Source of the DNA: Candidatus Zhuqueibacterota bacterium
Lineage (GTDB): Bacteria; BS750m-G25
NCBI GenBank assembly: GCA_016783505.1
Contig: JADHWK010000009.1
Location: 1-63,201, forward strand
DNA: 63,201 nt
Direction of reading: 5' to 3'
Shown here: positions 39,799 through 50,069 of the stretch, in pieces
How the letters are laid out: each line of letters opens with the position of its first letter
Numbering within the stretch: the first letter of the stretch is position 1
The notes under the pieces: model-generated
Databases searched by the model: none
Seen by the model: only the letters and a program-made list of their open reading frames with translations
What the model was told of the DNA's origin: nothing
Position numbers and translations under genes: made by a program

Positions 39799-40272
39799 CT
39801 ACTTATCGGCCCAATTGCGCAACTCACGTTTGATCTTCTCCTCAATCTTCTCGCCAATCTCTTTCCACTCTTTTTCTTTCTGCTCGGGTTCTTCCAGCCA
39901 ACTTTGGATGCCTTTGCGGATTTTTTCCTCAACTTTGAGGCCAATCTCTTCCCACTCCTTATCTTTCAGGCTTTTGGCTCGTTTTTTCTTCCCATACGGT
40001 CCCCAACTTCCACCCAAAAGGATTGCAGCGCCGAGCAAAAAGCCAAAGTCGTACCAGCCTCCAGTGTTGCTCGCCTCATATATGCGTACGCTGTCGGTGA
40101 ACAGACTAATGATAAACGTAACAACACAGATTAGGCCGTGCCATAGTCCGGCCCAAAAACCGGCGAGCTTCGTATCAAACATCTCATTACCGGGCGCACA
40201 ACTAGCAGTAACCAAGAATAATAAGGCCAGTCCAAAAACTACTATTTGCTTTTGACTATTCTTCATAATCAT
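39799..40272 (-). CDS. Hypothetical membrane lipoprotein
   Basis: Lipobox TASC; AGFWAGLWHG...YDFGFLLG; duplicated EW.EIG.K.EEKI helix. Confidence 0.75.
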   Translation of the reverse strand: MIMKNSQKQIVVFGLALLFLVTASCAPGNEMFDTKLAGFWAGLWHGLICVVTFIISLFTDSVRIYEASNTGGWYDFGFLLGAAILLGGSWGPYGKKKRAKSLKDKEWEEIGLKVEEKIRKGIQSWLEEPEQKEKEWKEIGEKIEEKIKRELRNWADK

Positions 40273-40386
40273 CTCCCGTTTGATTTGTCTGTTATCAACT
40301 AATACATTTTCTTTCTAAGATAGCACAGTTTTGTCCGAAAATCCCCAAGATTCGGGACATTTCGAACCTATTTCAATCTATTCCAA

Positions 40387-41373
40387 TCACCCAATCTTCA
40401 TCGTTTCCCTTACCTCATCCATTGTGGCCCGGGCAACCTGACGGGCTTCTTCTATGCCGGCCTCAATAATCCCTTCTATCTCATCCATTCTGTCTTCGTA
40501 ATACCGCCTCTTCTCCCCCCATGGTTCCAGAAAGGCGATCAGCTTTTGGATCAGGTTCTTTTTACAGGCCACACAACCCAGTTTTCCATTGCGGCAGTCC
40601 CTCTCAATCTCCGGGATCTCCGGCTGGTTGAAATTCCGGTGATAGGCAAAAACCACGCAGATCTCGGGATGCCCCGGGTCGCCCAGACGGATCTTCTCTG
40701 GATCGGTAAAGGCACTCATCACTTTTTGAGTCAATACCTCAGGGGGATCGGACAGGAGAATGGTATTACCCAGGGATTTGCTCATCTTCCTCCCATCCAA
40801 ACCGGGCATGCGGCTGAAGGGGGTCACCAGCCCCTCGGGTTCCGGGAAGAGATTCCCGTAAAGGTAATTGAAACGCCGGGCGATCTCCCGTGTAAGCTCA
40901 ATGTGGGGCATTTGATCCTCCCCCACGGGGACATAATCGGCCTTGTAAATTAAAATATCAGCCGCCTGCAACACCGGGTATCCTAAATGCCCATATGAAA
41001 TGTTTTTACCCAGATGTAAGTCCTTTATCCGCTCCTTCAAGGTGGGATTTCTCTGCAGTCGGGGAACTGTGATGAGCATGGAGAAGAGGAGATGCAGTTC
41101 GGCGTGTTCTTTAACCCGGGACTGAACGAAAACGACGCTCTTCTCCGGATCAATCCCAGCGCACAGCCAGTCAATCACCACGTCCAGGGTATTTGGGTGG
41201 ATCTGACGGGTATCCTCATAGTCCACCGTCAGGGTGTGCCAATCGGCCACCATGTGGAAATTCTGATACCCCTCATCCTGAAGCTTCACCCAATTCTCCA
41301 GCGCCCCCACGTAATTGCCCAGATGAAGTTTTCCGGTGGGCTGCATCCCGCTTAAGACTCTGTCTTTTTTCAT
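40387..41373 (-). CDS. trpS: Tryptophan--tRNA ligase
   Basis: SGMQPTG, HLGN, YPVLQAADI, KMSKS. Confidence 0.97.
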   Translation of the reverse strand: MKKDRVLSGMQPTGKLHLGNYVGALENWVKLQDEGYQNFHMVADWHTLTVDYEDTRQIHPNTLDVVIDWLCAGIDPEKSVVFVQSRVKEHAELHLLFSMLITVPRLQRNPTLKERIKDLHLGKNISYGHLGYPVLQAADILIYKADYVPVGEDQMPHIELTREIARRFNYLYGNLFPEPEGLVTPFSRMPGLDGRKMSKSLGNTILLSDPPEVLTQKVMSAFTDPEKIRLGDPGHPEICVVFAYHRNFNQPEIPEIERDCRNGKLGCVACKKNLIQKLIAFLEPWGEKRRYYEDRMDEIEGIIEAGIEEARQVARATMDEVRETMKIG

Positions 41374-41429
41374 AAGGCGTCTCTTTCTCCTAAATCCAAA
41401 CGAGCGTTTAGAGCGTCATGATCAATCAC
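41370..41429 (-). pseudogene. 19-codon remnant, possibly the N-terminus of a HEPN (HepT/DUF86) toxin
   Basis: GTG overlaps the MNT stop; reads VIDHDALNARLDLGERDAL; its TGA overlaps the trpS ATG. Confidence 0.4.
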
Positions 41430-41863
41430 AGTATCCCCTCTTTAACGATTCTTTCTAGTTTATTTTTTATGTGGCGTCGGTCATAATATTGACGGTCAAA
41501 ATAAAGGGACATGATCCGCACTTCCTTTCTGATTCTTTTTAATTCATCCCGGCAGAAGAGAATTTTCCCCTCCTTGATGGCCTTAAAATGGAGGGCTAAC
41601 GGACTGCTGTTCAGATCCACTAAGTCGAGGCGGTCCGTTTTTAAAATCCTTTGGATCTCCCCTATCAAGCGGAGCCGGAGATCAGAGCACTTAGGTTTAT
41701 CCAGGCTTTCATCAAAGAAAACCGCCAGGTCAATGTCGCTTAAGGGACCTTCATCATCCCTGGCGTATGAACCGAAAAGATAACAAGTCTCTACAGGATA
41801 GCCAGCTAACAGCTCGGTTAATTTCTCCGACCTTAAATTTATTTTACCCTCAGATCGCTCCAT
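41426..41863 (-). CDS. Minimal nucleotidyltransferase (MntA-like antitoxin)
   Basis: YLFGSYAR...SDIDLAV, LDLVDLN. Confidence 0.88.
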   Translation of the reverse strand: MERSEGKINLRSEKLTELLAGYPVETCYLFGSYARDDEGPLSDIDLAVFFDESLDKPKCSDLRLRLIGEIQRILKTDRLDLVDLNSSPLALHFKAIKEGKILFCRDELKRIRKEVRIMSLYFDRQYYDRRHIKNKLERIVKEGIL

Positions 41864-41943
41864 CTTCTAAACATAATTCCTTTTTTTTAAACCTATTTAA
41901 GTTAAGAAAAATTCCCAAAAAATGCAAATACTTTTTTGTAAAA

Positions 41944-41976
41944 TGGAAAGAGCCAATTCCGGATAGAATTGGCTCT
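41944..41976 (-). terminator. Terminator hairpin after the cobalamin uptake operon
   Basis: AGAGCCAATT / AATTGGCTCT stem with a T-rich tail on the minus strand. Confidence 0.6.
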
Positions 41977-42009
41977 CCGCTCCCTTGTTTGACGGGTGTT
42001 ATTTTCATT

Positions 42010-43350
42010 CTATTTAATTAATATCATTCTCCTCACAGCAAGCACCCTATCGGTTTTCAGGCGATAGAAATAGAACCCACTGGGGGTGCTCTTCCCCTGG
42101 CCATCAGTGCCGTTCCAGCAAACCGTATGCTCACCCGGCGGTTGAACAGACTTTACCAGGGTATCTACCCGCTGGCCGAGCAAGTTGTAGATGGTAAGCT
42201 CCACCTGCACCGCTTGGTCAAGCCCATAACGGATGCTGGTGCTGGAGTTAAAGGGATTGGGATAGTTCTGTGACAGAGAAAATGTGGTGGGAATGGCTTT
42301 CCTGTCATTGTCCACAGCTGCGTAGATGGGTTCTAAAATGGTCATGTCCTGGGCCCCGTCGCCAAAATCTAGGGTAACCAACACCGAATCATTTTGGGGG
42401 TTGAACCTCTGAACGGTATCATCCCCAAAATTGCTTACGTATATTATCCCTTCAGTGCTGTCATAGAGCACCCGCATGGCTCCCTTACCCACCCGAATGG
42501 GGTCGGAACTGCCGTGATATATCGAATCAGTGTAGACGTTATAGCTATAGAGAAAGCCGTCCTCCTCATCGCCCCAGTCGGGAAGATAGCCCTTGCCGTC
42601 AGCGGTTATGGCAATATCCCCGGGCCATCCGCCGATTTCGATGGTATCCATCACCGCTGGCGTCCCGCCCGGACCGGCCCAACGATCAATTACACAAACC
42701 CTCCCTGCATTGGCGCCCCAGGGCCCGGAACAGACTACGTGTATCTTCTCATCGGGCGCCAGGGTCAAATCCTGGGCGTTGGGGGGTAGGGAAAGGGTTT
42801 GTATCACTGAATCGGTAAGGATATCAATGATGGAAACCGAGGAGAATTCGTAATTCGGATACCCACCGGTATTGGTAACAAAGGCGGTGTCTTCCACTAT
42901 TAAAATCCCCTGTGGTGCCAGACCTACTGGAATCTCTTTCACTACTACACCGCTGTCCAGATCAACCACGGACACCGTATTGGCTATCCAATTGGTCACG
43001 TAAACCCTATCGGCCCCCACCAAAGCCATGAACCATGGATTGCTCCCCTCAACCAAAGCAATCCTATTCTCCACTTCCTCGTTTTGCGGATTTATCACCA
43101 TAATCTCCGGCGGCGTGGAATTTACCACATAAACTTTTTCCCCAAAAGCCACCACCTGGCTGGGAACATCCCCTAATATGAAAATGTCGTTGATAATCTC
43201 CCCTGTTTCCAGATCCATCTTAGAGAGGGTTCTCCCCAGCCCGTTTAAGACGTAAAGGGTCCGGGGAAATTCGTCGCCCAGAGCAGCACTCGAAGCGATC
43301 ATGGAAAGAAAAACGATCATTAACGCCGCCTTAAGGTCTGTGCCTTTCAT
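42010..43350 (-). CDS. Secreted YncE/YVTN-type beta-propeller with FlgD/T9SS-like C-terminal domain (candidate B12-binding protein)
   Basis: Signal peptide; YVTN/YVSN repeats; QNYPNPFN...WNGTD tail; last gene of riboswitch operon. Confidence 0.8.
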   Translation of the reverse strand: MKGTDLKAALMIVFLSMIASSAALGDEFPRTLYVLNGLGRTLSKMDLETGEIINDIFILGDVPSQVVAFGEKVYVVNSTPPEIMVINPQNEEVENRIALVEGSNPWFMALVGADRVYVTNWIANTVSVVDLDSGVVVKEIPVGLAPQGILIVEDTAFVTNTGGYPNYEFSSVSIIDILTDSVIQTLSLPPNAQDLTLAPDEKIHVVCSGPWGANAGRVCVIDRWAGPGGTPAVMDTIEIGGWPGDIAITADGKGYLPDWGDEEDGFLYSYNVYTDSIYHGSSDPIRVGKGAMRVLYDSTEGIIYVSNFGDDTVQRFNPQNDSVLVTLDFGDGAQDMTILEPIYAAVDNDRKAIPTTFSLSQNYPNPFNSSTSIRYGLDQAVQVELTIYNLLGQRVDTLVKSVQPPGEHTVCWNGTDGQGKSTPSGFYFYRLKTDRVLAVRRMILIK

Positions 43351-43390
43351 GTTCTCCTCAAATTTTAAAAACTAAGTTTCTAAAAGAAAC

Positions 43391-45610
43391 TTAGTTTTTC
43401 ACTTTCAGAGTCAAACCAATCCTCCACTCCCGGGGGGGAACCGGGGCACGCTCCACCATCTCGTATTTCACATTCCCGAGGTTGTACACCGAGCCCCTGA
43501 TCTGGATATGAACCCCCATGGCTTTAGTACTTACCCCAACGGTCAAATCGTCAACCCCATATCCCGGCATCTTCACGGTGTTTGCCTCGGTGACATATCG
43601 TTCCCCAATCACCCGCCGCTGGTATTGGAGCTGGAAGATTTTGTATCTTAAATCCACGCCGAGTCGGATATTCTTCCTGGGGCGGTATGGAAGGTCTTTA
43701 TTATGTGTGGTTCGTTCGTTGCTTTTATTTATGGGTTCAAGATAGGTTCGGCTCCAGCGGAGAATGAGAATGTCATTGGGACTGCACCAGCTCAGGTGGT
43801 ATTCTTGACCGGATATTTCAGCATCAGTGTTAAAAGGGGAAAAAGTGGCAAAGGAACCCAGTCGCCAGACGATGAGGTCTTTTACCCTGGTGTAAAAATG
43901 GGAAGCTTCGGTTTGAAGCTCGCCCCAGCCATACCAACTCCCACCCAGGCCGATTTCGTAATCGAGACTCCTTTCTGGTTTCAAGTCCGGCCTGCCAGCA
44001 ACCCGATACTCCTGGTAGAACAAATCGGCGAAGGTAGGGGGCCGAAAGGAACGGCCCCAATTGGCCTTCAGGGAAATCTTGTTCTGTTGACCCCGTGACA
44101 ACAACAGACCGATCTTGGGGCTCCACTGCCGTTCGGAACGAACGGTTCCCTCGTGTTGAATGTGAATCTGATCATAGCGTACTGCCTGGGACAAAAAGCC
44201 CCGGTGAAACCCAACGGGAAAAGGAAACTGTTGTTCACTATGAAGGGTAACCCCATGGGTATAATCCCTTGCTTCTCCAATGGGTCTTTTCCTCAACCCG
44301 ATCAGATTTTCATCGGCATAGTGGGTCCAATCCCCTTCATAGCCAGATCGGAGAATAACCCATCTTTTCAGAAAAACCTGACTGGTTAAACGTATCTGGT
44401 ATTTAGCCAGGCAATTCTTGGAATAATACTGGGGAACGGTCCTATAACGCAGGGGCGCATCTGGAGGATAGATGTGCTTGTATTCTGAGTGTGTGAGGTG
44501 ATAACCCATATGAAGGTCAAACCGAGCCGGTTTCAACTGGGCACGATAATGGCCCCCCAAAATATCCCGTTTGGTCACCGCTCGTGCGTAAGGGGTCAGG
44601 CCAAAGATCAATCCCGGCAGCCCCCGCTTCGTGTAAAATTGATGCCCGTGTAATTCAATCCCATGGTACTCCCATTGATAACCAAACTTGGCGAACAGGC
44701 TGTTTGACTCAAAATCAGCATTGTTTCGATTTTCCTGAATCAACGTTCCATCTGCGCGCTCGTATAAGTAGGGATAATCCCGGGTACTTTTGAGGTGCTC
44801 AAAGGAAACGAAATATCCCAGTTTTTTTAGATTACCGGAAATGGTTGGGCCTCCACCCTCGGCGCCAAATGCCCCGGCTTTCCCCCCTAAGATGATTTCA
44901 GATTTGAAAGACCTCTTAGTGGTGATATTAATGACACCACCGAGGGCACCAGCACCAAATCGGGCTGAGTTTCCACCCTTAATGACCTCAATCTTCTCCA
45001 CCATATTAAGGGGAATAGTGGACAAATCCACCTGTCCAATCATGGCCTCGTTGAGCTTTACACCATCCAGCAAAACCAGCACCTGATCTGGGCGACAGCC
45101 GCGAATGGATATGATCTTTTCGCCACCCCTGTCCTGAATTTCAATTGCCGATAGATGCTGGAGGATCTCCCCCACGTTTTGAGCATTGGTTTGCTCAATA
45201 TCCCGGGCCGTGATCACTTCCACTGAGGCTGCTGTCTCCTCTGGAACCCTATCCACCCGAAGGGTAATGCCTGGGAATTCAATAATCCTTGGAGCGAGGT
45301 AAAAATCAACCCGCAACGGTTGATCCAGACCTATCTTAACCCTGGATTTGGTTTCGTTCTTATAGCCTATATAACTGGCGGTGAGGTTGTATTCGCCCAC
45401 AAACAGATCTTTAATGACATACCGCCCCCGTTCATCAGAACAGACCCCATAGCCAGTGCCTTCCACCATGACATTGGCGCCATAAAGAGGCCTACCCGTA
45501 GATCGGTCCCGAATGACCCCCGTAATTTTCACTACGGACTGGGACCAGACGGTTGAGGAAGTAAGCAAGATAAGAAAATAGATCTTTGACAGATTGATAA
45601 ATTGTCTCAT
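43391..45610 (-). CDS. TonB-dependent receptor (BtuB-like) with carboxypeptidase-regulatory-like N-domain
   Basis: IRG..PDQVLVLLDG, IEVIKGG.SA.FG.GALGGVINITT, FRPPTFADL, LKPE. Confidence 0.9.
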   Translation of the reverse strand: MRQFINLSKIYFLILLTSSTVWSQSVVKITGVIRDRSTGRPLYGANVMVEGTGYGVCSDERGRYVIKDLFVGEYNLTASYIGYKNETKSRVKIGLDQPLRVDFYLAPRIIEFPGITLRVDRVPEETAASVEVITARDIEQTNAQNVGEILQHLSAIEIQDRGGEKIISIRGCRPDQVLVLLDGVKLNEAMIGQVDLSTIPLNMVEKIEVIKGGNSARFGAGALGGVINITTKRSFKSEIILGGKAGAFGAEGGGPTISGNLKKLGYFVSFEHLKSTRDYPYLYERADGTLIQENRNNADFESNSLFAKFGYQWEYHGIELHGHQFYTKRGLPGLIFGLTPYARAVTKRDILGGHYRAQLKPARFDLHMGYHLTHSEYKHIYPPDAPLRYRTVPQYYSKNCLAKYQIRLTSQVFLKRWVILRSGYEGDWTHYADENLIGLRKRPIGEARDYTHGVTLHSEQQFPFPVGFHRGFLSQAVRYDQIHIQHEGTVRSERQWSPKIGLLLSRGQQNKISLKANWGRSFRPPTFADLFYQEYRVAGRPDLKPERSLDYEIGLGGSWYGWGELQTEASHFYTRVKDLIVWRLGSFATFSPFNTDAEISGQEYHLSWCSPNDILILRWSRTYLEPINKSNERTTHNKDLPYRPRKNIRLGVDLRYKIFQLQYQRRVIGERYVTEANTVKMPGYGVDDLTVGVSTKAMGVHIQIRGSVYNLGNVKYEMVERAPVPPREWRIGLTLKVKN

Positions 45611-45617
45611 CGCTCCT

Positions 45618-47372
45618 TTAATCCCAGAATACCCAGATAATTCCCCATACCTCCTCCCGGTGCATCATGGGATAGCCAGCCACCAGTTCATATTTCTCAC
45701 TCAGTATATTGTTCAGTTCGTAATAGAAAGTCAAATCCTTGATGCGAAAGCGGGCCCGGAAATTAATAACCGCAGCCGGTGACAAAGACACCTTATCCCC
45801 CTCCCAGAATCCCGTTCTTTCTCCGAAAACATGCCCCGAGAACTGAATATTGACGTCCAACCCATCTTTAAAAAAGGTATTCCTGTAGGATAGATAACCG
45901 TAGGCGCTGTTCTGGGGCGTGTAATACATGAAATCCTTCGGGTTTTGATAACAATAAACCGCCCGCCCGGTTAGTTCTTCAACGGGGCGAACGGAAAAGC
46001 CCAGATCAAGGCCAAACAGTTCGGATGTGTTATCATTGGTGGGAATGACGTTCGTGCCTGTAGTGTCATAATAAATACCATGTTCGGTAACCCTTCGGAA
46101 AAGGCTTCCCTCAAGCCAGACCCATCCCCCCTTTTGAAAGCTTCCCCCCAACTGATAGGTGTGGCCAACCCCCGGCCCTAAATCGGGATTACCTGTGAAA
46201 GAAAGACTATCTATCCCGGAAAAAATCGGTCCCAAATGATAGGGTTTATCCCTAACGTCAAAGCTTCCGTAACGTTCTTCTAAGCTGGGAAGGCGCAGCG
46301 ACCGCTGGTAAGCCCCATACAGCGTCATGTTCAGGGACAGGTCATATAAAACCTTCATCCCGCCGGAAAAATTCTGCAAACCGTTACCCTTAGCCGGAAG
46401 GAGTAATCTCAGATTGGGGTTTAGGGTTAGCCGGTCCCCAAAACGGAAAGGCCTTTCCGCCCATATTCCCCCTACTTCATCGGTGTGCTCTCCGTACCCG
46501 GCAGCGTTAAGCTGATGGGATTCGTAATCCATCCCGACTTTAAGGGCTATCCCTTTGAACCCCAGAATATTCCATAGCTGAATCCCCGTTTTTTTCCAAT
46601 TATCCCGATAGGTATTCCAATAATTATTATGCAACCGGCTTTGATAAAGGCAGAAATGAAAGTGATCCCCCTTTTTGATGGAAAAACTCAGATCATCCCG
46701 GTCCAGTTTTTGATGACCCCCTCCGACGGCCAAGTCCCTATGTTTCAGATTGGTAAGGGCTAAAAAGGTCATTTTCCAGTCCTCTCCCCACCGATAGGCG
46801 GATAGTCCCCACAGGTTCTGACTTTTTAGATCAGCCGGCTCTCTCGCTAACAGGGTCAGGCCACCGCCCAGGGCCAAATTCAGACGGGGAGTAATGTTCT
46901 GAATCAGCTCAATATCGGTCCTTGAATAATCATAAAAACCATTCTGGTAAAGAATACGGGTATAGGGTTTAGGGAATTCTTGATCTTTAATTACTACGTT
47001 GATCACCCCACCTGGGGCACTGTAGCCATTAAAGGATTCCCCTTCATAAATTTCAATTCTGGAAATCATTTCCACCGGGATTAAATTCACCTCGAAGTAA
47101 CCGGTCTGGACATCATTCATAGGTTGACCATCCACCAAGAATAGCACCGATTTGGAATCGGCCCCGCGCAGGGTAACGGTGGAGGGTTGACCCACATTGC
47201 CCAGGTTCAACCCGTAGACTCCCGGAAGAACTTGCAGGATATCTCCGAGCTCTTTGTAATGCATATGTGATATTTCTTCCCCATCAATAATACGCACATT
47301 GCCCAAGATTCTGCCAATGGTAATAATTGCTATAATAAATACATACGCCGGTAACTTCAACCTATTCCTCAT
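45618..47372 (-). CDS. TonB-dependent receptor-like outer membrane protein
   Basis: Plug motifs LRG...LVDG, RIEIYEG, GGVINV; aromatic C-terminus WVFWD. Confidence 0.78.
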   Translation of the reverse strand: MRNRLKLPAYVFIIAIITIGRILGNVRIIDGEEISHMHYKELGDILQVLPGVYGLNLGNVGQPSTVTLRGADSKSVLFLVDGQPMNDVQTGYFEVNLIPVEMISRIEIYEGESFNGYSAPGGVINVVIKDQEFPKPYTRILYQNGFYDYSRTDIELIQNITPRLNLALGGGLTLLAREPADLKSQNLWGLSAYRWGEDWKMTFLALTNLKHRDLAVGGGHQKLDRDDLSFSIKKGDHFHFCLYQSRLHNNYWNTYRDNWKKTGIQLWNILGFKGIALKVGMDYESHQLNAAGYGEHTDEVGGIWAERPFRFGDRLTLNPNLRLLLPAKGNGLQNFSGGMKVLYDLSLNMTLYGAYQRSLRLPSLEERYGSFDVRDKPYHLGPIFSGIDSLSFTGNPDLGPGVGHTYQLGGSFQKGGWVWLEGSLFRRVTEHGIYYDTTGTNVIPTNDNTSELFGLDLGFSVRPVEELTGRAVYCYQNPKDFMYYTPQNSAYGYLSYRNTFFKDGLDVNIQFSGHVFGERTGFWEGDKVSLSPAAVINFRARFRIKDLTFYYELNNILSEKYELVAGYPMMHREEVWGIIWVFWD

Positions 47373-47928
47373 TATCTATGCCATATTCTTTATGAATTAT
47401 CGGGGTTAATTTATTTAGAGCAGCAGGAAGTACGATCAAAAAAATAAGTGTATTGGTAAGGATGTGAATTTGGGCAAAGGCCAGGCCGCCGGCCAGATAA
47501 AGCAGGATCTTTTGAAGGTTAAATCCCACCACCAGAAAGGAACTTCCTAAATTGGTCAGGATCTGGTAAAAAAGGGTGAGGAAAAGTCCAATCCCCGCCC
47601 CCATAATCCTCCCACTCAATCCCCTGGAAATCTTCCCATCGCACCATCCCCCGACATAGCCAACGGCAGCCATCCCCAAGATTTGGGCGGCAAAAAGGGG
47701 TGGATTGGATAGCCCGGAACCCATGGGGTTCAGCCCGGAAAAGATGGATTCAGCCAGCGCTCCGACCATCGCCCCCTTGCTCTTTCCCCCTACTGCTCCG
47801 CTGATAAAGACCGTAGCGGTAACCAGCTCAACGTTAGGCAGGGCCGCCAGTAGAAACCCGACGGCCACCGCTGCCGCCGAAAAGGCCGCGATGTAAGAAA
47901 TGTTCTTTGTTCTCCATCTTGATTTCAC
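47362..47928 (-). CDS. ECF transporter S component (CbrT-like, cobalamin)
   Basis: About 6 TM helices; LPNVELVT, NPMG motifs; first gene after the cobalamin riboswitch. Confidence 0.8.
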   Translation of the reverse strand: MKSRWRTKNISYIAAFSAAAVAVGFLLAALPNVELVTATVFISGAVGGKSKGAMVGALAESIFSGLNPMGSGLSNPPLFAAQILGMAAVGYVGGWCDGKISRGLSGRIMGAGIGLFLTLFYQILTNLGSSFLVVGFNLQKILLYLAGGLAFAQIHILTNTLIFLIVLPAALNKLTPIIHKEYGIDNEE

Positions 47929-48130
47929 TTAAAAATAACCTCCACTAACTAGGGCGAAGGTATCCTCACCGAAGCCCAGATACCCCCCTTTTATTCCCCC
48001 CCGAGAATTCGGGGGGGATCTAGGGGGGTCAGTAGTTTAGTCAATAATCGGTAAACAATTAGCAATCAACAATCATCAACCAACAATTCCCCCTTCCTCC
48101 TCTGCCCCTCTGCGTATGTCTTAGGGCAAC

Positions 48131-48165
48131 AAAAAATCCCCCCTCCTAATCAGGAAGGGGGATTT
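48131..48165 (-). terminator. Riboswitch expression-platform terminator
   Basis: AAATCCCCC..GGGGGATTTTTT on the minus strand between aptamer and first gene. Confidence 0.75.
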
Positions 48166-48219
48166 CATCTTCCGCATTACAATTTCAGATTTCCTTCCCT
48201 CGAAGGATGTGATCAGAAT

Positions 48220-48390
48220 TACTAGGCAGGTCTCCTGACTTACGGACTTTAAACCCGACCCGCCTTCCCATCCCGACTTAAAGTCGGGGCAGTGGCTACT
48301 AGGCCGGATATTTCCCGATCACAGTTGCGGGGCAGTTCCCGATTCTCACGGGATTCCCTTTTAATCCCCTACGGGGAACCTATACCTTCA
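48220..48390 (-). promoter_or_regulatory. Cobalamin riboswitch
   Basis: AAAAGGGAATCCCGTGAGAATCGGGAACTGCCCCGCAACTGT...GCCACTG...GGGAAGGC...AAGTCAGGAGACCTGCC. Confidence 0.95.
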
Positions 48391-48420
48391 GATTAAATAT
48401 ACAGATATTTCTTTATTTTG

Positions 48421-48771
48421 TCAAGAACTTTCTCGTTTTTCCTTAATTCGTGCCGCTTTCCCCTTCAGCTTCCTGAGATAGAAAAGCTTGGCCCTTCTCA
48501 CCTTCCCCTGTTTGACCCGTTCAATCTTCTCCATGCGGGGAGAGTGGAGGGGAAATATCCGCTCCACACCGATCCCCCCCGAAATTTTACGCACAGTAAA
48601 GGTCTCGTTAATCCCGCTCCCCCGGCGTTGAAGGACCACCCCCTCAAACACCTGGGTGCGCGCTTTATCCCCCTCCACGATCTTGAAATGCACCTTGACT
48701 GTGTCCCCGGGACCAAACTCAGAAATATCGGTTCGCATCTGATCTTGGCTCGCTTCCCTCAGAATATCCAT
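48421..48771 (-). CDS. rplS: 50S ribosomal protein L19
   Basis: [34 protein letters not shown]. Confidence 0.96.
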   Translation of the reverse strand: MDILREASQDQMRTDISEFGPGDTVKVHFKIVEGDKARTQVFEGVVLQRRGSGINETFTVRKISGGIGVERIFPLHSPRMEKIERVKQGKVRRAKLFYLRKLKGKAARIKEKRESS

Positions 48772-48787
48772 AGAGCTCCCGCCTATT

Positions 48788-49489
48788 TTAAACTTCATTT
48801 TTTTCTGCAATCAATAAGTCCTTTCGCCGTTGCTGGGTACGCTTGAACGCCTGCCTTGCCCTCCACCGGGCAATTTCTCGGTGGTTACCCGAGAGCAAAA
48901 CTTCGGGCACCCGCCATCCCTCAAATATTTCGGGTCGGGTATAGTAGGGACAGTCCAACAACCCTGACTGGAAGGAATCGGAGCCCGCGGAGGCTGAATC
49001 TCCCAGAACTCCGGGCAGCAACCTTACTACCGCATCCACGACGATAAGGGCGGCGGGTTCCCCCCCGGTCAATACGTAATCCCCCACCGAAAGCTCCTCG
49101 TCGGCCAGGAATTCTGCTACCCGTTCATCCACCCCCTTGTAGTGCCCGCAAATTAGAACAATATGTTCGAAGGCGGCCAGCTCGGTGGCTTTTTCCTGGG
49201 AAAATTTTTCCCCTTGGGGGGACATGAGTATGGTTTTTACAGAGGAGGTTCCCTTCCTCTGCGCCCGAATTGACCGCACCCCCCGAAAAATAGGCTCCGG
49301 CTTCAAGATCATGCCGGCTCCGCCACCATAAGGATAATCGTCCACCTGGCGGTGTTTATCATCGGTAAAGGCACGAAGGTCATGAACGACCATGGAAACC
49401 AATCCCTTTTCCTGGGCCCGTTTCAACATACTCACCCGGAAGGGGCCGTCGAAAAAATCGGGAATAACGGTCAGGATGTCTATTATCAT
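48788..49489 (-). CDS. trmD: tRNA (guanine37-N1)-methyltransferase
   Basis: [27 protein letters not shown]. Confidence 0.97.
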   Translation of the reverse strand: MIIDILTVIPDFFDGPFRVSMLKRAQEKGLVSMVVHDLRAFTDDKHRQVDDYPYGGGAGMILKPEPIFRGVRSIRAQRKGTSSVKTILMSPQGEKFSQEKATELAAFEHIVLICGHYKGVDERVAEFLADEELSVGDYVLTGGEPAALIVVDAVVRLLPGVLGDSASAGSDSFQSGLLDCPYYTRPEIFEGWRVPEVLLSGNHREIARWRARQAFKRTQQRRKDLLIAEKNEV

Positions 49490-50013
49490 TCCTGCCTCCC
49501 TTCCAGAAGACCGGGCATCTTCTCAATGACCACCCGCTGGCGGATTATATCCACCTCTTTGATCACATCCTCAACGGCCGGAATAAGTAGTTCCCCATTC
49601 TTCCCGTCCACCTCGTAGACATCGTTAGCGGGTAATTTGAGAACGTTCCGGATACGACCCAGCTTTTCGCCCCCGGTGCTGAAGATCTGACAGCCGATCA
49701 AATCGTCCACAAAGTAAGAATCGGGTGGCAAGGTAACCCGCTCTGAGTGGGGAACCTTCAACCATCCCCCCCTCAAACCCTCCGCCTGCGTGCGGTCAGC
49801 AATCCTCACGAACTTAACCCGGATGGATTTGTTCTGAAAGCGCACCCCCTCCACCTTAAGGAGCCTCCGGCTTCCCTTAGCGTTCTCCCACACAACATCT
49901 TGTAATTGAAGAAAACGTCGAGGCTCCTCAGTCATCGGGGTTACCTTAACCATTCCCCATCTCCCCCAGGGGCGGTTAACCCTGCCAACGGCTATCAATT
50001 CGGGCTCTTTCAT
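49486..50013 (-). CDS. rimM: Ribosome maturation factor RimM
   Basis: DLIGC, ANDVY, LLIPAV; conserved synteny; start taken at MKEPEL. Confidence 0.92.
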   Translation of the reverse strand: MKEPELIAVGRVNRPWGRWGMVKVTPMTEEPRRFLQLQDVVWENAKGSRRLLKVEGVRFQNKSIRVKFVRIADRTQAEGLRGGWLKVPHSERVTLPPDSYFVDDLIGCQIFSTGGEKLGRIRNVLKLPANDVYEVDGKNGELLIPAVEDVIKEVDIIRQRVVIEKMPGLLEGRQE

Positions 50014-50069
50014 GGACGATGATTTTCTGCTATGCCATCCTCTGGATGCTCCCCATTGGGGCGGCACCT

